Assembly (NCBI GenBank): GCA_030526245.1
Contig: JAUNDD010000002.1
Location: 35,972-99,971, forward strand
Direction of reading: 5' to 3'
DNA length: 64,000 nucleotides
DNA from: Lachnospiraceae bacterium
GTDB taxonomy: Bacteria > Bacillota > Clostridia > Lachnospirales > Lachnospiraceae
Every line of letters begins with the position of its first letter. The stretch's first letter is position 1. Of the stretch, positions 7,281-15,203 are shown one piece after another. The translations under genes and the position numbers were made by a program. The notes beneath the pieces are model-generated. The model ran no database searches and was not told the origin of the DNA. It worked only from the letters and a program-made list of their open reading frames with translations.

Positions 7281-8078
7281 ATGACCATTGAAGAAATGAA
7301 GCAGAGAAAGATTGAACTGGGGTATTCCAATAAGACTTTAGCTGAAAAATCCGGTGTTCCGATCGGAACGCTTCAGAAGATTTTTGGCGGCAGTACTGGG
7401 GCACCGCGGGAGGAGACGATCCGGGCTCTGGAGAAGGTGCTGGAAAAGAAGTTCACGTATGAGGTCAGAACACCGGAGGGGATGGTTCTTCGGGAAGGGG
7501 CAGCAATCTATAATGCGCAGAAAAAGTATACCCTGGATGATTATCTGGCGCTTCCGGAGGATGAGAGGGTCGAGCTGATCGATGGCGTATTTTATGATAT
7601 GTCGGCACCCACCATCACACATCAGGGAATTGGCGGATACATTTACAGTGAATTTCTGCAGTATGTAAAAAAGAATAAGGGACCGTGCATTCCGATGATC
7701 GCACCGGTGGATGTGCAGCTGGATATGGACGAATACACGATCGTGCAGCCGGACGTACTGATCGTGTGTGAGCGGGATAAAATAGACAACAAAAAAAGAG
7801 TATACGGAGCACCTGATTTTGTGCTGGAAGTATTATCGCCCTCCACGAGAAGTAAGGATATCAAGCTGAAGCTGGCGAAATATACCATGGCGGGAGTAAG
7901 AGAATACTGGATGATCGATCCGGAAAAACAGGTGGTGGTCCAGTATGATCTGGAACATGCGGAGCTGCCGAAAATCTACAGTTTTGAGGAGCAGGTCCCG
8001 GTGCTGATCTGGGAAGGGAAGTGCTGCATTGATATGAAGGAGATGGTGGAGACGCTCACCTGGTTTGGAATAAATTAG
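7281..8078 (+). CDS. XRE-type HTH domain fused to a Uma2 family (DUF820, PD-(D/E)xK) endonuclease
   Basis: N-terminus IELGYSNKTLAEKSGVPIGTLQKIFGG is an HTH. The C-terminal part has Uma2-like motifs (ELIDGVFYDMSAPT, QPDVLIVC, APDFVLEVLSPST, GVREYWMIDP). The start was chosen after AAAGGAGG; ATG 7215 and 7275 are also in frame. Confidence 0.75.
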   Translation: MTIEEMKQRKIELGYSNKTLAEKSGVPIGTLQKIFGGSTGAPREETIRALEKVLEKKFTYEVRTPEGMVLREGAAIYNAQKKYTLDDYLALPEDERVELIDGVFYDMSAPTITHQGIGGYIYSEFLQYVKKNKGPCIPMIAPVDVQLDMDEYTIVQPDVLIVCERDKIDNKKRVYGAPDFVLEVLSPSTRSKDIKLKLAKYTMAGVREYWMIDPEKQVVVQYDLEHAELPKIYSFEEQVPVLIWEGKCCIDMKEMVETLTWFGIN

Positions 8079-8192
8079 AGACACGCGTTTAGCACCGACC
8101 GAGCCGAAGGCGAGATCTTGAACCCGGGGTTCGAGCCCACACATAAAGAAAAACACCGCCCCCGCCATCATGACGAAAACAGTGCTTTTAAG

Positions 8193-8265
8193 TGCGTCTT
8201 CAGGGGCTCGAACCCTGGACACCCTGATTAAGAGTCAGGTGCTCTACCAACTGAGCTAAAGACGC
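8193..8265 (-). tRNA. tRNA-Lys (anticodon CTT)
   Basis: The reverse complement folds as a cloverleaf. Acceptor GCGTCTT/AAGACGC. D arm GCTC-AGTTGGTA-GAGC. Anticodon arm CCTGA-CTCTTAA-TCAGG. T arm CAGGG-TTCGAGC-CCCTG. Discriminator A. CCA is not encoded. Confidence 0.95.
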
Positions 8266-8305
8266 ATTTTTTAATTTTTTGTTCGCTCCCTCAGGAACAA
8301 TATGC

Positions 8306-8334
8306 ATTATAATGGACGACCAGGAAAAATGCAA
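8306..8334 (-). promoter_or_regulatory. sigma-A type promoter for tRNA-Lys
   Basis: On the minus strand, TTGCAT (8334-8329), a 17-nt spacer, then TATAAT (8311-8306). This is about 40 nt upstream of the mature tRNA 5' end. Confidence 0.6.
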
Positions 8335-8511
8335 CCCCTTTTTTGCGATAAATCGGGCAAAATAAAAAGGCGCAATATTTAACAAATTATTACACAATTT
8401 GGCGAGGCGGGATAGAGCCCCAAAATCGGTGAAAAAAGGGAATTCTGCAGAATAAACAAAACGGTCGTTCTGAAAAAACGGCTGTTCGCGACATAAGCAG
8501 GCTGCGAAAAA

Positions 8512-8586
8512 TGTGGATAATGTGGATAACCTTGTGGAAAAGTCGTTCTTTTCCCCTTTATTGCGACGATTCCGGAGTGTGGATAA
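8512..8586 (+). promoter_or_regulatory. DnaA-box cluster (3 perfect and 1 one-mismatch box, all in the same orientation)
   Basis: TGTGGATAA (complement of TTATCCACA) at 8512-8520, 8521-8529 and 8578-8586. TGTGGAAAA at 8533-8541. Confidence 0.7.
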
Positions 8587-8944
8587 CCAGGTGTCTCGAA
8601 ACTGGACAGATCGGCAAATGGGAGAGCGAATAGGCTGGAATTTGGCTATTCTGTCAATGGACAGGATTCTCTGTAACAATTTCGAAATAGATCTGAAATA
8701 AACTGCGTCTACAAAAGTGAGAATAGTCGGACAAAAAGGCGGTTGTGGTAAAATTGAACTGGCGAAAGGCTGGAGGGATAAACGGAAACCGGAGTTGGCC
8801 GGTTTATGCTTCTAAGCGGGAAGCCCTGGTTATTCAATAGCCGGGTCGTTCATAGATTGTTTAGAATTGCAAGCTTGTGCAGGGTGACCGGGGAATGCTA
8901 TCATGTGAGATAGAATCTGATCGATATAACTCGGAAAAAGAGGT

Positions 8945-10210
8945 ATGAGAATGAGTGATAAAGCGAATGTGAAAGGACAGCGGATTCCTTCCGGCAGCCC
9001 GGGGGCATTCGGAGCTAAAACGGAAGAGGCGCCGGTTCAGGGAAAGAAAAAGCAGCAGTTTTTTCGAAGCGACACCTATTTTACGGTCTGCATCTATGTG
9101 TTTTTGCTGGTCGTATGCAGCGCCCTGGCGGTGAAAGCGATCTTTTCTTTTGATGATGTACGCCGGGTGGTGGCAGGATGGCTGCGGGCGATCTCGCCAT
9201 TCCTGATCGCACTGCTGATCGCCTACATACTGGGGCCTTTTGTGGAGGCTGCGAACCGTCTCCTGAAGAAGGTGTTCAAAAAGATGCCGGATAAGCCGCG
9301 CATGGTGCTGTCCATGCTGGTGGTATATCTGGTTGCGCTGGGCATGGTGATCTCCCTGCTGGTGTATGTTTTGCCGGAGGTGGTAAACAACCTGGCGGAT
9401 ATGATCCGGCAGGTCCCGGCAGTTTATAAGGCGGTACTGGACTTCGTGGAAAAGCTCCAGACCCATTTCCCGGATTATGATTTTGCGCCCTTTATGGATA
9501 TGCTGACCAATACACAGACAGACCTGGTATCCAGCCTGCAGGAGATCTCGGCTAATCTGATCCCGGTCCTGTATACGGCTTCGGTATCCATTGTCAGCTG
9601 GGCCGCTAATTTCCTGATCGCCATGGTGGTCTCGGTCTACATGTTGTACGGGCGCAGGCAGCTGCTTCGGATCTTTAAGATCTGTGTATATACCGTGGTT
9701 CCGCGGAAGAATGTTCCGTTGGTGCGTGAAGTGCTGTACGACTGTCATCGGATCTTTGGCCAGTATGTGACCAGCAAGATGGTGGACTCGCTGATCATCG
9801 GTGTGCTGTGCTATATTCTGATGACGATCCTGCGGCTTCCCTATGTGTTCCTGATCAGTGTGGTGGTGGGCATTACCAATATGATCCCGTATTTCGGACC
9901 GTTCATCGGAGCGGTTCCGGGTATTGTCATCATGCTGGTGGTCAGCCCGGTGAAAGCGCTGGTGTTTGCAGTGATGATCCTTTGCCTGCAGCAGTTTGAC
10001 GGTCTGTATCTGGGACCGAAGCTGATGGGAAATTCGGTGGGCATGAAGCCCATCTGGATCATTTTTGCCATTACACTGGGCGGCAAGTTCTTTGGCGTTG
10101 TGGGTATGTTCCTGGGTGTACCGGCGGTGGCAATTATGGCCTACCTGCTGGAGCGTCTGGTGCGGCACAAGCTGAAAGAAAAGAATATGACGATGGAAGA
10201 GATTACCTGA
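8945..10210 (+). CDS. AI-2E family transporter (PerM/UPF0118)
   Basis: 421 aa and polytopic. Motif GITNMIPYFGPFIGAVPG. Alternative start ATG 8951. Confidence 0.85.
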   Translation: MRMSDKANVKGQRIPSGSPGAFGAKTEEAPVQGKKKQQFFRSDTYFTVCIYVFLLVVCSALAVKAIFSFDDVRRVVAGWLRAISPFLIALLIAYILGPFVEAANRLLKKVFKKMPDKPRMVLSMLVVYLVALGMVISLLVYVLPEVVNNLADMIRQVPAVYKAVLDFVEKLQTHFPDYDFAPFMDMLTNTQTDLVSSLQEISANLIPVLYTASVSIVSWAANFLIAMVVSVYMLYGRRQLLRIFKICVYTVVPRKNVPLVREVLYDCHRIFGQYVTSKMVDSLIIGVLCYILMTILRLPYVFLISVVVGITNMIPYFGPFIGAVPGIVIMLVVSPVKALVFAVMILCLQQFDGLYLGPKLMGNSVGMKPIWIIFAITLGGKFFGVVGMFLGVPAVAIMAYLLERLVRHKLKEKNMTMEEIT

Positions 10211-10245
10211 AAAGGCTGTGCGCCGAAAACGGCGCACAGCCTTTT
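10211..10245. terminator. bidirectional rho-independent terminator between convergent genes
   Basis: Stem AAAGGCTGTGCGCC / GGCGCACAGCCTTT with loop GAAAAC, followed by a T-run. Confidence 0.85.
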
Positions 10246-10304
10246 AAAATGGGATTGTAATCATTAAAACCAAAAATACTGTGGCCGCTGCCGCTTTGGG
10301 TTGA

Positions 10305-11675
10305 TCACTGGAAGAACTTATCGTAGATTCCAAAGCCAAAGATGAACAGGACAATGATCGGAAGGATCCAGGTCAGATAAAAGCGCATCCAGTCCTGTAC
10401 CTTCAGGCCCTTGCCGGTATTGGCCTCGGCTTTGAAGTTGCTCCAGCCCCAGCCGTAGCGGGACACGCAGAAGAGCAGATAGACCAGCGAGCCGAGGGGC
10501 AGGAGGATATTGCTGACCAGGAAGTCCTCAAAATCCAGAGCTGTTCCGCCAAAGATGGCAAAGCCGTCCCAGGACCAGATGTTATAGCCCAGGGCGCAGG
10601 GCAGGGACAGCAGGATGATCAGCACCAGGTTGACCAGTCCCGATCTGCGGCGGCTGCAGCCGGTGAGCTCCATGCCGCAGCAGATAATGTTTTCAAATAC
10701 GGCAAGCACGGTGGACAGAGCGGCAAAGGACATGAAGAGGAAGAAAAGGCTTCCCCAGAAGCGTCCCATGAACATATTGGCGAAAATGTTCGGCAGAGTA
10801 ATAAAGATCAGGCTCGGTCCCTGGGCCTGGTCGACCCCGTAGGTAAAGCAGGCCGGGAAGATGATCAGTCCCGAGGTAATGGCCACAAAGGTATCGAGGA
10901 GCACGACCCGGAAAGATTCGCCCATGAGCGAGTAATCCTTGCCGATGTAGCTGCCGAAGATGGCCATGGCACCGACACCAAGGCTAAGCGTAAAGAAGGC
11001 CTGGTTCATGGCACCAACCAGTGTGTTGATCACACCGATCTGCTTCATGCGGCCCCAATCCGGGAGCAGATAGAAGGACAGACCTTCTTTGGCACCGGGC
11101 ATCAGGAAGCTGTTGACTGCCAGGATGACCATAATGGCAAGCAGTGCCAGCATCATGATCTTGGTGATGCGCTCCAGACCGCTCTGCAGTCCACGGATGC
11201 ATACGAAAATGCCGATGCAGGTGACGACCACCATCCAGAAGACCATGGTAGCCGGGGAGGCGAGCATGTTTCCGAATTCATTGCCGACGGCCTCCGGATC
11301 CAGTCCCTGGAAGCGACCGGTGGCGGTCAGATAGAAATAGTGGAGCATCCAGCCGGCTACGGTGGTGTAGAACATCATCAGAAGATAACATCCGATGAGG
11401 GTGATGTAGCCGTGGATATGCCATTTCTGACCAGGTTTTTCCAGAGCCTGATAGGCGCGGACCGGGCTCTTCTGGCTGGCGCGGCCGACCGAGAACTCCA
11501 TACACATGATGGGGAGGCCCAGGATGATCAGGAAGAGCAGGTAGAAAAGAACGAAGGCACCGCCGCCGCCCTGACCCGCCATGTAGGGGAATTTCCAAAC
11601 ATTTCCGATTCCGATGGCACATCCGGCTGAAAGAAGGATGAAGCCCAGTCGGGATCCAAGCTGTTCACGTTTCAT
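10305..11675 (-). CDS. sodium-dependent transporter, NSS (SNF) family
   Basis: 456 aa. N-terminal LGFILLSAGCAIGIGNVWKFPYMAGQGGGGAF is typical of the NSS family. RBS AAAGGAG. Confidence 0.9.
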   Translation of the reverse strand: MKREQLGSRLGFILLSAGCAIGIGNVWKFPYMAGQGGGGAFVLFYLLFLIILGLPIMCMEFSVGRASQKSPVRAYQALEKPGQKWHIHGYITLIGCYLLMMFYTTVAGWMLHYFYLTATGRFQGLDPEAVGNEFGNMLASPATMVFWMVVVTCIGIFVCIRGLQSGLERITKIMMLALLAIMVILAVNSFLMPGAKEGLSFYLLPDWGRMKQIGVINTLVGAMNQAFFTLSLGVGAMAIFGSYIGKDYSLMGESFRVVLLDTFVAITSGLIIFPACFTYGVDQAQGPSLIFITLPNIFANMFMGRFWGSLFFLFMSFAALSTVLAVFENIICCGMELTGCSRRRSGLVNLVLIILLSLPCALGYNIWSWDGFAIFGGTALDFEDFLVSNILLPLGSLVYLLFCVSRYGWGWSNFKAEANTGKGLKVQDWMRFYLTWILPIIVLFIFGFGIYDKFFQ

Positions 11676-11711
11676 GTTTACTGTACTCCTTTGATAAAAT
11701 AGTTCTTTGCA

Positions 11712-11729
11712 ATTTTAACATGGTAAAAT
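11712..11729. promoter_or_regulatory. candidate LysR-type T-N11-A dyad in the divergent promoter region
   Basis: ATTTTAacatggTAAAAT dyad between the NSS transporter gene and the divergently transcribed LysR gene. Assignment rests on position and symmetry only. Confidence 0.3.
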
Positions 11730-11792
11730 ACAGGATTAAAATATATAATAGCAATAATAAAATTGGAAAAACTTATGATAAAGGAGGGCGGC

Positions 11793-12671
11793 ATGAATCA
11801 GACACAGCTGGAATACTTTGTGAGCGTTGCGGAATTAAAGAGCTTTACAAAGGCGGCGCAGAAATATTTCGTTTCGCAGACCGCCGTAACGCAGCAGATC
11901 CAAAATCTGGAGGAACAGCTGAACATTAAGCTGTTTGATCGAAGAAAAAGACCGGTCTGTCTGACAGAAGCGGGCGGGGCCTTCCTGCTGGACGCAAGGG
12001 CTATTCTTGAGCGCATGAATGGAGCTGCGTCCAAGCTGGCCATGATCTCCGGCTCCAGTGGCGGAACCCTGCGGATCGGATATACGAATGGATATGAATT
12101 CAGCCGGCTTTCTCATTCCATGCGCTCGTTTCGCAGAGAGCATCCCAATGTATTTTTTACCTGCCATCGATACAACTGCCGAGAAATGGCCCGGTCATTG
12201 CAGCGGGATGAACTGGATATGATCTTTACCTGGGATCGGGATGAAGTGGTGAAGCAACCGGGGATCCGATACAAAAAGGTGGAGGAATCCTCACTGGTAG
12301 TGGTTTTGTATAACTCGCATCCTTTTATCAATCGTCCGTTTCTGACAAGAGCCGACCTGAAGGAGGAGAGGCTGCTGTATTTGTCCCCTTCCGGTTCGCT
12401 GTATGAGGACGCGTATTATCAGAAATATCGGGAAGCAGGGTATGAACCGCGTGTGATCTACATCTCGGATGACATGAACAGCCTTCTGATGATGGTGGCA
12501 GCGGAGGAGGGGATCCTGATCATGCCGGCTTACCTTGCCAGGAACATCCGGGGACTGGATGGCGTGGACTGCATTGCGCTTGAGGGAGACAATGAGAATG
12601 CAGCCATTGTTGCGGTCTGGAAGGAAGGGCGGGAAAATGCCCTGCTGGAAGCCTTTGCACAGGAACTGTGA
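11793..12671 (+). CDS. LysR family transcriptional regulator
   Basis: N-terminal HTH MNQTQLEYFVSVAELKSFTKAAQKYFVSQTAVTQQIQNLEEQL. RBS AAAGGAGGG precedes ATG 11793. Divergent from the transporter gene. Confidence 0.9.
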   Translation: MNQTQLEYFVSVAELKSFTKAAQKYFVSQTAVTQQIQNLEEQLNIKLFDRRKRPVCLTEAGGAFLLDARAILERMNGAASKLAMISGSSGGTLRIGYTNGYEFSRLSHSMRSFRREHPNVFFTCHRYNCREMARSLQRDELDMIFTWDRDEVVKQPGIRYKKVEESSLVVVLYNSHPFINRPFLTRADLKEERLLYLSPSGSLYEDAYYQKYREAGYEPRVIYISDDMNSLLMMVAAEEGILIMPAYLARNIRGLDGVDCIALEGDNENAAIVAVWKEGRENALLEAFAQEL

Positions 12672-12763
12672 GCGCATCGATCGGGATGGGAATGATTTGC
12701 AGGTGTCTGTTTTGACAAATCGTATGAATAGAGAAGGCGCTGAAGAATGATGTGAAAAAGAGC

Positions 12764-12905
12764 GTTACAGTTCACACAGTGAACTGTAACTGGCCAAAAT
12801 CCATTCCAAATTGCCTTCGGCAATGGGATTTTGGCCTGTAACCCTCGGGATTTTGCCGCGTACGCGGCAAAACACCTCGCGGAATCGAACTGCCTGAACT
12901 GTAAC
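12764..12905. mobile_element. 142-bp MITE-like non-autonomous element with GTTACAGTTCA terminal inverted repeats and an 8-bp target-site duplication
   Basis: The left end is GTTACAGTTCAC and the right end is GAACTGTAAC. The flanking direct repeat AAAAGAGC lies at 12756-12763 and 12906-12913. Internal perfect palindromes include TTTTGCCGCGTACGCGGCAAAA (12851-12872). There is no ORF. Related copies occur elsewhere in the window. Confidence 0.7.
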
Positions 12906-12906
12906 A

Positions 12907-12947
12907 AAAGAGCTGCTGCACAAACTGTGCCGCAGCTCTTTTCTTTA
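12907..12947. terminator. rho-independent terminator (serves the convergent LysR and P60 genes)
   Basis: Stem AAAGAGCTGC / GCAGCTCTTT followed by TCTTTATT. Its 5' arm is the right-hand copy of the MITE target-site duplication. Confidence 0.65.
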
Positions 12948-12985
12948 TTGGGAGTTAATTCAAATATCAGATGTTAGATCCGTGA

Positions 12986-14731
12986 TTACAGAAGTCTTCT
13001 TGCTGCACACGGTGTACGGTAGCTCATGCTTGAGATGATGATACCGTTGGTGGGGTTGCTGGCGTGTACTACGCTGCCGCCGCCGATGTAGATGGATACA
13101 TGACCGATGCCGCCGTCGCCCTGATAGAAGAGCAGGTCACCCGGCTGAAGGGCATCCAGGCTTACCGCTGTACCGTAGCCGGACTGAGCCGCTGCGTTGT
13201 GCGGAAGAGATACGCCGTAGTTTGCGTAGACTGCCATGGTGAAGCCGGAGCAGTCAGCGCCGCCGGTCAGACTGGAGCCGCCCCATACATAGGGGTTGCC
13301 AACGAACTGGCAGGCATAGTCTGCAACGGACTGGCCGGCGGAAGAAGTGGAAGCGGAGGAAGAAGTATCATCCGAAGCATCCTCTTCGTAACCGTCGTAG
13401 GAGTCATCGTAGGACTCGTCGGAAGAACCATCGTCGTAAGCGTCACCGTCTTCTTCGTAGCTTTCATCTTCATAACCGCTGTCGGTGCCGGCATCGGTGT
13501 AGGAGTCGTTGGAAGATTCTTCCGTGTAGGACGGCTCGGTGTAGGTTTCTTCACTGGTCTGAGTATCGGCAGACGGTGTATTGGCAGCTGCATAGTCGGC
13601 TGCGTTCTGAGCTTCTACGTAAACGCGGTAAGCTTCTACGGCAGCAGCAGCGGTATCCAGGATCGTCTGCTCATCGGCACCGTTAGCTACGGCTGCATCG
13701 GCAGCAGCCTGTGCATCCAGGTAAGCCTGATACAGCTCTTCCAGAGAGGCTCCGGAAGGAGCGGTGTAGGTCGGTTCGGTGTAAGTGGGCTCGGAATAGG
13801 TGGGCTCACTGTAGGTCGGTTCGCTGTAGGACGGCTCGGTCCAGGTCTGCTGCTGGGCCTGCTGAGCAGCTGCGATTGCTTCCTGCTCGGCCAGATATGC
13901 CAGCCACTGTGCATCCAGACGGGCCTGTTCCTCTTCCAGAGTTTCGCCGGTAGCGTAAGCGGTGGAAGTGTAAACGTAATCAGCGCTCACATAGCCGTAG
14001 GTGTTGGCATCCAGTGCAACCTTAACCCATTCGCCTTCGTCTGCAACGACCTCGATCTTCTGATCGCAGCTGACGGTTGCGATGATGTCTGAATCACCGC
14101 TGGCGGAGGAACGTACATTCAGGACCTCGGCGCCAACCTCAGCGGTGGTGTAACCACTCTGGGAAGCGATGGCATCGGCTGCGCTTCCGATGGCGATATA
14201 GTCAGCTGCAACATAGCCTTCCACATTACCGGAACGAACGTGATACCAGCCGTCGGCATCTACGCCCAGGATCTCCAGAGAACCATTGTTATAGATCTTA
14301 CCGACCACATCCGCTTCGATGTAATTGCCGGAACGAACGTTGACATATTCATCGCACTGCGCAAAACCGGTGGTTCCGACCATGCTGGTATCCAGCTCGG
14401 TCTGGGGCTCGGTGGCAGCTTCGGTAGCCGGCTCGGTCTGAGCCTCGGTCTGCGGAACTGCTTCCGTCTCAGCCGGTGCTGCGCTTGGAGCAGCGGCCTG
14501 TGTTTCCGGCTGTGCCGGTGCCTCAGCGGCTGCATTCATTTCCATGGCAGCCGTTTCAACGGTATATTCAGCAGCGGCTTTTTCCCCGGAAGCAGCTGTC
14601 TTAGTCTGTTTTGCTCCAATTCCAACCAGGACACGATCAGCACCTGCTGCGTAAGCGGCCAGGCTTCCCTCGCTGATGATCAGTCCCGCTGCCAGGCAGA
14701 ACGTTGTAAACTTGGCAATTCCCTTTTTCAT
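12986..14731 (-). CDS. secreted NlpC/P60 family peptidoglycan endopeptidase with SH3b domains and low-complexity linkers
   Basis: Signal peptide MKKGIAKFTTFCLAAGLIISEGSLAAYA after RBS CAGGAGG. Two SH3-like modules (VNVRSGNYIEADVVGKIY..., LNVRSSASGDSDIIATV...). EPTYS repeats and a D/E/Y/S-rich tract. C-terminal NlpC/P60 (GNPYVWGGSSLTGGADCSGF...GHVSIYIGGG...HAS). Confidence 0.9.
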   Translation of the reverse strand: MKKGIAKFTTFCLAAGLIISEGSLAAYAAGADRVLVGIGAKQTKTAASGEKAAAEYTVETAAMEMNAAAEAPAQPETQAAAPSAAPAETEAVPQTEAQTEPATEAATEPQTELDTSMVGTTGFAQCDEYVNVRSGNYIEADVVGKIYNNGSLEILGVDADGWYHVRSGNVEGYVAADYIAIGSAADAIASQSGYTTAEVGAEVLNVRSSASGDSDIIATVSCDQKIEVVADEGEWVKVALDANTYGYVSADYVYTSTAYATGETLEEEQARLDAQWLAYLAEQEAIAAAQQAQQQTWTEPSYSEPTYSEPTYSEPTYTEPTYTAPSGASLEELYQAYLDAQAAADAAVANGADEQTILDTAAAAVEAYRVYVEAQNAADYAAANTPSADTQTSEETYTEPSYTEESSNDSYTDAGTDSGYEDESYEEDGDAYDDGSSDESYDDSYDGYEEDASDDTSSSASTSSAGQSVADYACQFVGNPYVWGGSSLTGGADCSGFTMAVYANYGVSLPHNAAAQSGYGTAVSLDALQPGDLLFYQGDGGIGHVSIYIGGGSVVHASNPTNGIIISSMSYRTPCAARRLL

Positions 14732-14821
14732 ATATAACCTCCTGATAAAGTCTCTGGCCCGGCCATGCATCCGGCTCCTCAGAAACAATTATTACGAATT
14801 TGTTACATTTATTACACAGGC

Positions 14822-14850
14822 ATCATAACAAATTGAAATATTTATGTCAA
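14822..14850 (-). promoter_or_regulatory. sigma-A type promoter of the P60 gene
   Basis: On the minus strand, TTGACA (14850-14845), a 17-nt spacer, then TATGAT (14827-14822). Confidence 0.65.
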
Positions 14851-15167
14851 GGATAAAAGGAAAATATTTAACAAAACATGAACGAAACGTGAACGAAAGC
14901 TTAACAGGAGGCGAATGACAGGGCAAAACAAGCCGCTGTTCAGGCAGTTTGAAGCCTGAAGTCAGGGGAACTTACGGTGGATCGCTATATAAATAGGGAA
15001 GTATTTCGGTAAAAATGATCAGTTTTTGTGGTTTATTTTGTGGAAAAGGGCAGAGGAAACGGCTGAAACGGGGGAGAAACGTAGGGAAACGGGAAATTGA
15101 TACAATTTATTAACAAATGGGAAAGTGGAGAGGTGATGCGGGGGTAAATAATTGTAAATATTACAAA

Positions 15168-15197
15168 ATAAAAAACCCGCTGCACTAAGCAGCGGGG
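15168..15197 (-). terminator. rho-independent terminator of trmB
   Basis: On the minus strand, CCCGCTGC-ttagt-GCAGCGGG followed by a T-run. It starts 7 nt after the trmB stop. Confidence 0.85.
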
Positions 15198-15203
15198 GAT
15201 GGA

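Noticed and set aside
8085-8140. A second tRNA or tRNA fragment (GGTTCGAGCCC T-loop-like word) next to tRNA-Lys, possibly an att site remnant.
   Set aside because: Only a 3-bp T-stem can be formed, and no acceptor, D or anticodon arms can be drawn. The segment resembles other intergenic repeats instead. No integrase is nearby.
6900-8265. Prophage or integrative element at tRNA-Lys.
   Set aside because: Only one accessory-looking gene (HTH-Uma2) is present. There is no integrase, no direct repeat of the tRNA 3' end, and no phage genes.
8200-8679. 159-aa minus-strand ORF and 62-aa plus-strand ORF (8513-8701) in the tRNA-Lys / DnaA-box spacer.
   Set aside because: The first overlaps the tRNA gene and its promoter. 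Neither has an RBS or recognisable motifs. The region is better explained by the tRNA promoter and DnaA boxes.
8265-8945. Calling the DnaA-box cluster the chromosomal origin (oriC).
   Set aside because: No dnaA, dnaN or rpmH genes are adjacent. Only four boxes, all in one orientation, are present. I cannot compute GC skew across the chromosome from this window. It is reported only as a DnaA-box cluster.
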